DNA of 64,000 nt. Origin: Azolla caroliniana. Its lineage: Eukaryota > Plantae > Polypodiophyta. The position numbers and the translations under genes were made by a program. Under the pieces are notes generated by a model that was not told where the DNA came from, did not search any database, and saw only the letters and a list, made by a program, of their open reading frames with translations. The stretch is from contig JBHGNT010000010.1 in NCBI GenBank assembly GCA_043228905.1, positions 2,604,001 to 2,668,000 on the forward strand. The letters run 5' to 3'. Shown piece after piece: positions 34,701-46,525 of this stretch. Position 1 is the stretch's first letter, and every line of letters begins with the position of its first letter.

Positions 34701-35516
34701 TCGTCAATGAAGGAGACGAAATATCGGCTCCCGCCAAGACTAACGTTTTGTGCTGGCCCCCATACATCGGAGTGTATAAGGTCGAGCTTGTTCCGGCCCC
34801 GGTTTCGCTCGTTGGGGAAAGGAAGTCGGTGTTGCTTCCCGAGCTGGCAGGCTTCACAAATTTGTGCCTTTTGGCCACTAAATTTGGGCAATCCGAACAC
34901 TACTTGTTTCGATTGCAGATCTTGAAGCCACTGGTAGTTGACGTGGCCTATCCGCTTGTGCCACAAGTCGATGTCCGACTCGGATTTTCGTCCCTTCGCG
35001 AACATTGCGGTGCCGCCGTCAGTGGAGGTTCAACAGAAGACAGAAGAGAAGGAAGAAAACTCAAGTTTAATGGAGAGCTTGAGCTTACGCAGTATACGCG
35101 GGAGAGAGAGAGAGAGTGAGAGAGAGAAACACAAGAACTATATTCAACAACAACACTCAATCTTGATACAAACGCTCTATACATGTGTGTGTTCCATGAA
35201 CACTTTTATACAAGTCCTCGAAGGACTGACCGAAGTACTGACCATACTTCAATGCTCTTTAAGAGCTCCTACACTAACTCCGAAATATATTCCTCACGGA
35301 ATATCTTTCCTAACGGCCTCCCGGTGTACGCACTCGGCCTAACCGATCGGTCCCAACCGATCCGGTCCTCGGCTTCTTCAGCCGATCCGGCCGATGTTGA
35401 GCTTGTCTCTCAACAAGGTTGAGAGTTCAAGTCTCTCAATTTTACTCAATACAATATATAGCTTCATTCTTATATCATGAAACACATTTTTTACAAATTT
35501 TTACAAATAAATAGCC

Positions 35517-35573
35517 TAGCTTAGTGGTATATACATTGTACTTCGTATATATGGATGTGGGTTCAAGTCTCTT
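35517..35573 (+). promoter_or_regulatory. tRNA-like box A/box B cassette 3 in LTR J
   Basis: TAGCTTAGTGG (35517)...GGGTTCAAGTC, with the T-loop T at 35562 (45-nt spacing). Its downstream flank resembles that of cassette 2, suggesting a tandem unit. Confidence 0.7.
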
Positions 35574-38500
35574 AAATACTATTAAATACAACATTTAAAC
35601 TCATTTTCATATCATGAAGCACATTCTTCACGACAACGTAAGATGTTGTTCTTTTTGAATATGTTTTGGCAGTTCCTCATCTAGTCGTTCGGACACCTGG
35701 ACCCGCAAACTCGAAATCTGAAACTCGATTGGCATAACCGCTTCTAAGCTGAATGCCATCTGAAATGGAGTCGACCTGATCATCGTCTTGTAGGTTGTTC
35801 GGTATGCCCATAAGGCAATATGGAGCTTCTTATCCCAAACAGTTTGATTCTCATTAACGATCTTCCTCAAAATTGTCAGAATTGTCTTGTTTGTCGACTC
35901 TGCTAACCCATTGGCTTGTGGGTAGTACGGTGTACTCTTTTTATGCACTATTGCATAATAGGTGGATAATTCATAAATGACTTTATTAATAAAGTGAGTG
36001 CCCTGGACACTTACCAACTCGGTTGGGTAGCCGAATCTGCACCATATGCATTCTAGAGGATTTTGGCTATTGAAACCGCTGTATTATCCTAGAGAGCCTT
36101 GCCTTTGACCCATTTCGTACAATAGTCGATAGTGACAATGACATTGCGGTTGCCGGTTTTTCTTGTTGTTGGTTTAAATGGCTCGACAAAGTCGAGACCC
36201 CAGTTTTGGAAAGGTTCGAGCAACAATACCGGTTGATGTGGCATTCGATCTCTTTCACTGGGTTGGCCGATTCATTGACACAAATCACATTGCCGATAGT
36301 AGTTTATTGCATCCTTCAGAGTTTTCGGCCACCATAATCCACTGGTCCAGACTTTTTGAGTGGTTGTATCTCGTAAATAATGCCCGCTAGCCACACCGCT
36401 ATGGGCATCGCATAAAACAACTTCCTTCTCAAATTGTTGAACTGCTCGTCGCCATATGCCATATGCTCCCTTATGATACAATGTCTCCTTAAGCAATCAG
36501 AAGTTCCGACTCCGAACTGCTAATCATTTTCGTTCATCAGGTGTCATTCCTTGAGGTGGTAGTCTTGTACTGAGAAACACAATCATCTCCATGATCCATA
36601 AATCTGCCGATTCATCATCCACTTCTGTTGAATTCATCACCTCGACAATGAATAGTTGAGCATCCAAAAAATCGTCCCGAACACCCATACCTGGTTCTCC
36701 TGACTCTAGTCAACTTAAATAGTTGGCTACTGCCCCTGGATGATGGATAATGTCGAACTTGAATTCTTGTAACAGAAACGTCCATCTTTCCAGCTTGCTA
36801 GTCAATGATTGTTTCGACACTAAGTACAGTAAGGCTGAATGATCGACATGGAATGTAAATTTCCGACCCAATAGGTAGTGATGGAACTTGTTGATGCTAT
36901 ATATCATGTCGATAACTTCTTGTTCGGTTGTCCAATAGTTTCATTCAGCAATCGACAACTTCCGACTCACATAATATGCCGGCCTGTACCAGTTCGGCTT
37001 CGATAGTTGCATTAATGTGTCGTCGATAGCTATATCTAAGGCATTGACAAAGACATGAAAGTCCTTTGTCCAATCTAGTGGTTGGACGACTGGAACTTTT
37101 GAAAGCATTTGCTTCAGGCAATCATATGCCTCTTGTTCGGTTGCCGACCACTGGAAAGGTGTTTTATGAACTGCCGTATGAAGAGGTGTTGCTACATCGG
37201 CCAAGTATTTGATCAGGCCATCTAATTTGGCCTACGAATCGACTCAACGCCTTAGCGTTTGTCAGGGGTGCCGCCTCCATGATTTCTTTCACTTTGTCGG
37301 GATCTACAATAATTCCATCCCGACTAACAATATGACCCAACAACGTTCCACTTGTTACCCCGAATGCGCATTTCGCTGAATTTAAGCTTAGTCGGCCTTG
37401 CCGACACCTTTCCAAACAAAGTCGGAGATGTTCAAAATGGTCGGTCCTCCAATTGTACACTACAAAGTCATCTAGAAACACATGCATAAATGCGGGAATA
37501 TAATTGGAAAATATTTCCATAATTACCCGTTGGAATGTTGGTGGAACTGTTTTGCGGCCAAACATCGCGACGATTGCTACAAACACGCCCCATTCGGTGA
37601 CAAAAGTTGTGTTTTCCTAATTGTCAAGATGCATCCGAATCTGATTATACCCACTGAATTCATCGAGGAAACTATATATTTCATGGCAAGCTACTGTATT
37701 GAGGACACCATCTGTAAAAGGTAACGGAAATGCATCCATCACAGTTGCCGTATTTAGCTTTCGATAATCGACACGTACCCTAATCTTGCCATTCTTTTTG
37801 GTCACCATGACTATTGGGCTCAACAAAGTAGCCTTCTTGACCGGTTGGAGCCGACCCACAACAGTTTGTCAATTTCGTTTTTCACCTTTACTACGTAATT
37901 CAGATTTAGTTGATACTGCCATTGTTGTTCTGGCTTCGCATCTTTGTGCAGATTAATTTGATGCTAATAGAAGGCTAGATCTAGTCCCTTCATATCTTCG
38001 AACGACCACACAAACATATCTTTGTATTGTTGTAGTAGTTCAACAAGCCTTGTCTTGTCGGTTGAGTACATCTCTTTTGCTATTAACACTTTTCTCGGCT
38101 CCGTATTATTGTCGGCCAACTTTACTTCCTCTAGTGAAGAAGCATGTATGCGCTGTGAGTCTTGCATTTCTCTTTCCATGGCTTCTTGTTGATGACAGAA
38201 CTCCATGATAGTTTTGTCATCGACCGAATTGTCAGCCTCCTTTTCGTCGTTACTGAGATATGGCGTGAGTACTTCGACGATGTTGATTTCTAATAAGGGA
38301 ATAATTTTTGGATTATCGTCAAAATACTTATTTTCTTCCCTGTCATCTAATCCCTCCATCATATTGGCAACTTCAACATATAGAGCCACACATTGCCGTG
38401 TTGTTGCGACCTTCTCCCGAGTCAAAACGTTGATCTTGGTTTTTCCCTTTCGGAATGTTAGAAGATTCTTTTACCAATTCTGTTTGATGTTGGCAGTTCG

Positions 38501-39587
38501 AAGCCATGGTCGGCCCAACAACAGAGGATAAGCCCCCGATGCATCTAAATGTAATACGACCGCCTATATCTGAAATGTATGTCTCCCAATGACAATATCA
38601 AGTTGCCGAATAAGCCCTATTGGTAGGACCGTACTGGTATCTACCATATGTAGCCAGAATGGACATGCCTCCCATTTGGTAATGCCCAGTCAATCAGAGA
38701 TGTGACCTTATTAATGACATTGACTATACTTCCTGAAACTTCTTGGCCGTGAATGATGACCTTAATTGTTGGGCTCTGTTTGTCCATTATTGTTGGTCCT
38801 TTACCAGGGTTCATAAAATTAACCAACACTTGTTCTGACTCATTTCTCACGATGATGTGAGTGACTTTTTCCGTGAATCGAGGAACTAATTTTAATAACC
38901 TTGTTAGTGGTAATGATATCTGGCAGTCTGCCATGACTTTCCATGCTTCATCCTCGTCAAGTGTTTCAGTTGGTACTTCCTCTTGTCGATTTCGCGACTT
39001 GTCGGATGTGACATTCGGGGCATTACTCTCTTGCAACATTCTTGTGACATTGTTGTTGTTAGCTTCCTCGACTTATTCCTTCGTTGCTTTCTGAACCACT
39101 TTGTGTATATCCCACTCAGATTGTTTAACTTTGCTCTGGGTGGTGACTTGTTGAACCTCATCAATTACCATATTGACTGCTGATGGGTGCCTTTCCTTTG
39201 TCTTTGGTCAGACATTGATTGGCATAATGGCCATCTTTCTTGCAAATATAGCAATCCCCTAATAGGCTGCTAGATTCGCTATTCTCATAATGCGATTGCT
39301 GGACATCTTGTGGTTCTGGCTCATCACTGGATCTGGAATTATACTAAAATTGTTGGGGTGCCTTAGGTCTTCTGTTATCATCCCGCCTGTCATTCTAAAA
39401 TTGGCGATTATGTGGTCGATTGTCTTCATTTAGCCTCTGGTCGTAGGACCTTCTATCAACATGATATCAATTTCCTCTGTAAGGATGACAATCATTTGTT
39501 TCTTGGTGTGGTGAATAGTCACAATCGTAACCATTACGACTATCCCTCTTGTACTCATCTTGCTGGTCATCTTCCTATCGATAAACC

Positions 39588-42500
39588 TGTGAAGAATAGA
39601 CGCTTCTATTCACCTTCACCACTCGGCCACAACCGAGTAAGCGCGAATCAATGGAGCAGAAAATATGAACCACAAAGAGAAACAAAAACGCGAGCACACA
39701 GGGATTAACGTGGAAAACCCTAGACGGGAAAAACCACGGGAGTACAAGACTCCAAGCCAACACTATACAGAGAAGTATACAATGGCGAGCTGCAAGGCGA
39801 CGACCTTGAGCTCGCTGTCCTCGCCACAGGCGGCGGAAATACACAGAGGCGTCTACCTCTTCCTTTCTCGCGCTCTATCTCTCTCTCTCTCTCTCTCACG
39901 GCTGCTCTCTCTCTTCACTCCTCTAAAGTGGAAAAACAGAAAAATGAGAAGCAACAGTAAAACTAATTGCCCTAAGTCATATTTATACTTATATGACTTT
40001 GGGCTATTTACAACTATAGCCTCAGGGGCCCATAGCGAACATATTCACGGATATGTCCCTGCATCCGGATCGCTCTCCGGGTACATTCGTCATCCGGCAC
40101 CGAAGCCGGGGTCTTCGTCATCCGGATCCGAAACCGAAGCCGGGCTTGTCGGCATTCGTCTCCGACATCCGACCATCCCATCCGAAGGGACCGAAATCCC
40201 AACAAACTCCCCCTTCACTTCGGCATGGGATGTCTCTCCAATCCGATCCTCTTCCGGCATGCTTCCAGCTTGTCGGGTGTGAGGACCTTGGTCAGCATAT
40301 CCGACCCGTTCTCGTCCGTGTGGATCTTTGTCAGCACGAACTCCTTGTCTTCTATCCTTTCCCGGATCCAGTGATATCTTCGCTGGATGTGCTTCGTCCG
40401 GGAGTGATAGGCCGCGTTCTTCGCAAGGTGGATTGCACTCTGACTGTCGCAGTAGAGTCGGTACTCCTCCTGCCGAATACCGAGCTCTCTAATGAAGTCC
40501 TTCATCCATATTACTTCCTTGCCGGCTTCAACAGCTGCCATGTACTCCGCCTCCGTGGTTGACAACGCAACCGTCTTCTGCAGCCTCGACTGCCATGAAA
40601 CAGCTCCCCCTGCATACGTCATCACATACCCTGATGTGGACCGGCTGGTATCTGCATCAGCCGACATATCCGAATCGGTGAAGCCGTCGAGTTCGGGCTT
40701 ACCGGAGCCGAATCGGAGGCACACGTTTGCCGTGCCCTTCAGGTATCGGAGTATCCACTTGGCCGCGTTCCAATGCTCTTTGCCGGGATTGCTCATGTAC
40801 CGGCTCACCACTCCGACTGCATATCCTATGTCCGGTCTCCTACACACCATGGCGTACATCAAGCTCCTGACGGCTGAGGCATACGGCACTTTCATCATAT
40901 CCTCCTTTTCAGCCTTTGTCTTGGGACTTTGCTTGCTGGACAGCTTGCAGTTTGCCGGGAGGGTCGATCCGACCGGTCTTGCTTCCGACATGTTGAACCG
41001 GTGAAGCACCTTCGTCACGTACTTCTCCTGTGACAGCCACAACTGCTTCTTCTTCCGGTCCCGGATGATGTGCATCCCTAGTATTTGCCTCGCCGGACCC
41101 AGGTCCTTCATTGAGAAGGTTCGGTGAAGAGCCTTCTTCAGCATCCGTATCTTGACCTGGTCCCGTCCGACGATCAACATGTCGTCCACGTACAGGAGGA
41201 GTATTAGAAAGTCTCCTCCTTCGAATTTCTTCACAAACGCGCAGTGGTCGGACTGCGTTTTGAGGTACCCTTCGTCGGTCATGAAGGAGTCGAACTTCCG
41301 GTACCATTGCCGGGGAGCCTGCTTCAGTCCGTAAAGGCTCTTCTTCAACCGGCATACCAGGTGCTCCTTCCCTTTCTTCTCGAATCCTTCCGGTTGCTGC
41401 ATGTAAATCTCTTCTTCGAGGTCACCGTGAAGGAATGCCGTCTTCACGTCCATCTGTTCTACCTCGAGGTCCATGCTTGCCGCTATGCTCAGCACCGTCC
41501 GGATGGAGGTCATCTTCACTACCGGGGCAAATATCTCGTCGAAGTCGACGCCCTTCTTCTGCTGAAACCCCTTCACCACGATCCTGGCTTTATATCTCGG
41601 GGGGTTTTCGGCATCTCCCGGTTTCAGCTTGAACACCCACTTGTTTCGAAGTGCCCGCTTTCCTTTCGGCAACTCCACAAGCTCATATGTGAGGTTCTCA
41701 TGCAGGGAATCCATCTCGTCCTGCATGGCACTCAACCACCTGCGGCTCTGGGTGTCATGCTTTGCTTCTTCAAAGCTCTCCGGCTCCCCCTCGTCGGTTA
41801 GCAGCACGTGCTCTGGTTCCGGAAATCTCCAGGGGGCTCTCCTCTCTCTTAGAGGATATCTCCGTTCGGGAGCTTCGGTAACCGGTTCTTCCGATTCTTC
41901 TTCTTCATCCGAATCCATTTCGGGATCGGGGCCGGTTCCGGTATCATTTTCATCTTCTTCGGCCGGTTCTGTTTCTTCACCGTCTTCGGCCGGGTCCTCG
42001 AGTGCTAACCGGTCCCTTGCCGGTCGGGACTGCTCCTCGTAGAGTTGATCCTCACCGGTCGACTTGGAGCTCTTCATCTTCTTCTCCGACTCCCAGTCGG
42101 CGAGTGTCTTGTTCTCCATGAAGATGATATCACGACTCCGGAATATCTTCTTGTCGACCGGGTCCCATACTCGGTAGCCGAACTCGTCGTCGCCGTAACT
42201 GAGGAATATGCATGGCCGGGTCTTCGGATCTAGCTTTCCTCTCCGGTCCTTTGCCACATGCACGTATGCGAGACACCCGAACACCTTCAGATGCCGGTAG
42301 GACACTTCCTTACCGGTCCACACTTTCTGCGGCGTGTCTCCGTCCAAAGGTACTGAGGGTGATCTATTTATCACATACGTCGCCGTCGACATTGCCTCAG
42401 CCCAAAATCCCTTGGGTAATTTCGCATGCGCCAGCATACTCCGGACCCTCTCCATTATGGTCCGGTTCATCCTCTCGGCCAGCCCGTTCAGTTCCGGCGT

Positions 42501-44940
42501 CTTCGGCACAGTAAACTCGAGTCGGATTCCCTTCGAGCGACAGTACTCCTGGAACTGCCCTCGGTATTCCCCTCCGTTATCCGCTCGTATCGCTTTCAGC
42601 TTCTTGCCGGATTCCCTTTCCACTCTCACGTGGAGTTCTTTGAAGACGCACAACACTTGGTCCTTTGTCTTCAACGGTGCCGTCCACAGCTTCCGCCTGT
42701 GATCATCAATGAATGTTACGAAGTACTGGGCTCCGCCATGTGACTTCGTTTCTACCTGACACACATCAGTGTGCACCAACTCCAATGGTGCGCTATGTCT
42801 CGTTGGTGGCCTTGAGTGGAAGGAGGTTCGGTTCTGTTTACCGGCCAGGCAATCGGTGCACTTCTCCAGGTGCACATGCTTCACTGGAATAAGGTTGTCT
42901 TCTGCAAGCCTCTTCATCCCCTTCTCACTCATGTGGCACAGTCTTTTGTGCCACAGCTCACCGGCAGTGTCGGTTGCCACATTTAGCTCTTCCGGACATA
43001 GCCGGGCATTCATCAGGTACAGTGTGTTGTCTTTCCGGGCCCGAGCCACTATCAGGCTCCCCTTGCTAAACTTCATTACGCCGTTCCGGATGCTACCTGT
43101 GTAGCCTTCATCGTCTAGCCTTCCGGCCGAAATCAGGTTCAGTCGAACCTCCGGAACGTGTCGGACATCCTTTAGCAGCATTTTGCATCCGGTCGGGGTT
43201 GTCAACCACACGTCTCCGATGCCGGCAATCCGGCACGTACCTTCATTTCCCAGCCGAACACAGCCATGCTCACCGGCTGTGTAGGATGAGAAGTATCTTC
43301 TCTCCGGGGTCAGGTGGAACGATGCTCCGGAATCGACCACCCAGGTCGTCTCATCGCCGGCAATGTTTACATCACTTTCTTCGGTGATGAGCATGATTTC
43401 TTCCTCACTTGCCGCGAGTGCCGTTGTTCCTTTCCGGTCCTGCCCTCGCCGATCCGAACCTCTCCGGTCCGTGGCTCCCCGGTATGCACCGTTTCTCTCC
43501 GGTGACTTCTTCGAATCGGTGTCGTCGGCTCCGTTGTCTTTTCGGTAATGCCGACAATTCTTTCGGAAGTGCCCCGGCTTCCCACAGTGGAAGCATGTGG
43601 GCCTTCCTCTTGACTGCGACCGGGTCCCCGACTTCTCTCGTCTTTGCGGACTCCGGTTCCATTGTCTTCCCCGATCCTATTCGGTAAGCAGCGCCTTGGA
43701 GTCGGAGGCCGGTTCTTTATCTCTCCGACGCGCTTCTTCGTTCAAAATACTTGTCTTTACCGTTTGTAAGGACAAGTTATCTTCTGTGCAGGAGGTGCTG
43801 AGAGTAACCACCAAGTTCTCCCAACTCTCCGGCAATGTACACATCAGGATGATGGCTTGCATTGCATCCTCCAACGGGAACTTGATCGCCGCAAGCTGAT
43901 TCACGAATCCCATGAACGTGCTTACGTGTTCCACCATACTCTCGCCGTCCCGGTACTTGAGATTCACTATCTTCCTCATCAGGGAGGTCCGATTCAACGC
44001 ATTCTTCCTCTCGTAGAGGCCCGACAGCTTCTTCCACATCTCATATGCGTTGGTGTCGTTTGCCACATGTTGTAGGACGCTCACGTCGACGTATTGCCGA
44101 ATGGTTGCAACGGCTTTCCGGTTCAGAAGCCTCCATTCCGACTCAAGTACCCCTTTCGGTATTTCCGACCTGTCAATCGGTTCGTACAGGTCCCGAACAA
44201 TCAGAAGATCTTCCATCTTGATCTTCCAGTCGGCGTAGTTCTGCGCAGTCAGCACCATCATCCCCGGCTGCCCGCTGCCGCCGCCTTCCATTTTCTGCAG
44301 CAGTTTGCTCTGATACCAGATTGTGAAGAATAGACGCTTCTATTCACCTTCACCACTCGGCCACAACCGAGTAAGCGCGAATCAATGGAGCAGAAAATAT
44401 GAACCACAAAGAGAAACAAAAACGCGAGCACACAGGGATTAACGTGGAAAACCCTAGACGGGAAAAACCACGGGAGTACAAGACTCCAAGCCAACACTAT
44501 ACAGAGAAGTATACAATGGCGAGCTGCAAGGCGACGACCTTGAGCTCGCTGTCCTCGCCACAGGCGGCGGAAATACACAGAGGCGTCTACCTCTTCCTTT
44601 CTCGCGCTCTATCTCTCTCTCTCTCTCTCTCTCACGGCTGCTCTCTCTCTTCACTCCTCTAAAGTGGAAAAACAGAAAAATGAGAAGCAACAGTAAAACT
44701 AATTGCCCTAAGTCATATTTATACTTATATGACTTTGGGCTATTTACAACTATAGCCTCAGGGGCCCATAGCGAACATATTCACGGATATGTCCCTGCAT
44801 CCGGATCGCTCTCCGGGTACATTCGTCATCCGGCACCGAAGCCGGGGTCTTCGTCATCCGGATCCGAAACCGAAACCGGGCTTGTCGGCATTCGTCTCCG
44901 ACATCCGACCATCCCATCCGAAGGGACCGAAATCCCAACA
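39588..44940 (-). mobile_element. Element E: second copy of the C family (Tork-like copia), TSD AAACC
   Basis: LTRs 39588-40204 and 44322-44940, near identical. iMet PBS at ~44307-44318. AAACC at 39583-87 and 44941-45. Confidence 0.96.
40215..44291 (-). pseudogene. Element E gag-pol with a single premature stop in gag
   Basis: Colinear with the C polyprotein; TAG at 43677-43679 where C has TCG (Ser). Confidence 0.9.
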
Positions 44941-45035
44941 AAACCCTACCTGCAGGAACTAATCCATGTTGGACAAACATGGTTCATGGAAAACAAATGC
45001 ATAATTGATAATGTGTTGACTGGGCATGAGGATTG

Positions 45036-46525
45036 AGCAAAATCGGAAGACAAAGACTCTCTAGCTCTCCCAATCCGACTACATCTGAAAGGTGTTGAGG
45101 CGCTTCAATATGGAGAATTTGAAGCCAACACCAACACCGCTTCCGACGTCATTTTGAGTATTGGACAGAGACCCTCCATCCACAGAAGAGGAGAGAAAGC
45201 TCATGAGCAAAATACCCTACGCATTGGTCGTAGGAAGTCTCATGTACGCAATGGTGGCGACCCGGCCAAACCATGCTTGTCGTAGGGGTTGTCAGTTGGT
45301 ACATGTTAGAACCTGGACGAAAGCACTAGGAGGTTGTAAAGAACATATTCCAATACCTACGAGGCACGGAAGACCTACAACGGACATTCAGATTGGATAA
45401 TTCGACTACGCCGACTAAGAAGGAAATCCGACTACGCCTGAAATCCAAACAATTGGAAGTCTACATCAGGTTACGTCTTTACCTATGGTGGCGATGCCAT
45501 ATCATGAAGGTCGAAATTACAAGATTGTAAGTCACTCTCAACAATAGAGGCCGAGTACATAGCCGCATTGGTAGTAGCCAAGGAAGCCATCTGGTTGCAT
45601 CGACTATTGGCTATTTTTTTGGCTAAAGGCCAAATCGACCATCCAACGCCAACCCTCTATTGCGACTCACAAAGCGTAATACAACTCATCAGGAACCCGG
45701 TATACCATGCTAAAATGAAGCATATTGAGGTGAGGTACCATCACATTCAGGAGCTCATCAATGACAAGAAGCTCGAAGTCCGAAAGGTGGATACCAAGGT
45801 GAACATCGCTGACAGCCTAACAAAGCCACTTCTAGATCAATGCTTCAATGCACTAAGAGGACACATGGGACTACAACAAGTGAGTGAGAAAAGAAGAGCC
45901 GAAAGGAAAGCAGAAGGTAAGTTAAAGAACGAAACTGCCAAACAAGTTGAACAGACGAACTCGAAGGAGCTAGTTAGTCTGAAGGTTGAAGTTGTAGCTG
46001 AGTTGTCGATGAATCGACATGGGTGGTCAGTTCAGGTGCATCATTCCACCTGAACCCCGACCGGAAGTGCTTCTCATCATACAAGGCAGGAGACCACGAT
46101 CTCGTAAAGATGGGAAATGAAGGAGCATGTCGAATTGTCGGCATAGGAGATGTGTATTTGATGACATCGACCGGGTGTAGATTAGTGTTGAGAGATGTTC
46201 GACACATTTCGGAAGTCAGATTAAATCTGATATCAGTCGGCCAATTGGATGACGAAGGCTACACGGGTAGCATCCGGAATGACATCATGAAGTTCTGCAA
46301 AGGGAGCATGATTGTGGCCCGAGCCCGGAAAACAAATGCACTGTATTTGATGCATGCTCGATTATGCCAAAACGAGGTAAATGTGGCAGCCGACACAACT
46401 GGTGAGCTATGGCATAAGAGGTTGTGCCACATGAGCCAGAAGGGAATGCAGATGCTAGCCGAGAAATATCTCGTGCCGGAGATGAAGAAAGTGCATTTGG
46501 ACAAATGTGCCGATTGTTTGGCTGG
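45036..46525 (+). mobile_element. Element L: degenerate Tork-like copia fragments (RT end and RNase H, then protease and GAG-pre-integrase)
   Basis: IPYALVVGSLMYAMV, LYCDSQS and ADSLTKPL at 45161-45850; then WVVSSGASFH, LWHKRLCH and CADCLAG at 46005-46525, cut by K. Confidence 0.85.

Larger units (their letters stand above)
13355..35415 (-). mobile_element. Element A: Ty1/copia, internally deleted (no PBS, gag or protease), TSD AGGTT
   Basis: 3' LTR 13355-13763 with PPT (ctccccct) at 13764. 5' LTR ~35036-35415. AGGTT at 13350-54 and 35416-20. Degenerate GAG-pre-integrase, integrase, RT and RNase H at 35005-32263, continuing 14404-13758 (ELQYV|PTDRQTADIFTKPL). About 8 LTR mismatches in ~380 bp. 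Confidence 0.92.
12633..35635 (-). mobile_element. Element J: ~940-bp AT-rich solo LTR (12633-13354 plus 35421-35635) of the 'TGTCGTGAAGA' gypsy LTR group, split by element A
   Basis: TG...CA ends. The right end ttcttcacgaca is the same terminus as the LTRs of B, G, H and I. Flanks GCGT (12629-32) and ACGT (35636-39) form a 4-bp TSD with one mismatch. Removing J restores the F integrase frame. Confidence 0.75.
12473..45035 (-). mobile_element. Element F: old degenerate Ty3/gypsy non-chromovirus, outer host of the left nest (own sequence ~12473-12632, 35636-39587, ~44941-45035)
   Basis: Gag knuckle CYICKKDGHYANQC (~39210-39255); protease region ~38500-38800; RT VDYRKLN/FSGYNQI/FLDDF (37164-37859); RNase H (36710-37200); integrase YYPQANGLAESTNK (35640-36500). 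The integrase reading (QHLT|LEESRLQSMWHLE..AFVDRH..LVFQTKMG) resumes at 12632 on the other side of insertion J. No LTRs of F were found. Confidence 0.8.

Noticed and set aside
43677-43679. Programmed stop readthrough in the gag of E
   Set aside because: Sibling C has a sense codon here and the stop precedes the zinc knuckle; a simple nonsense mutation fits better.
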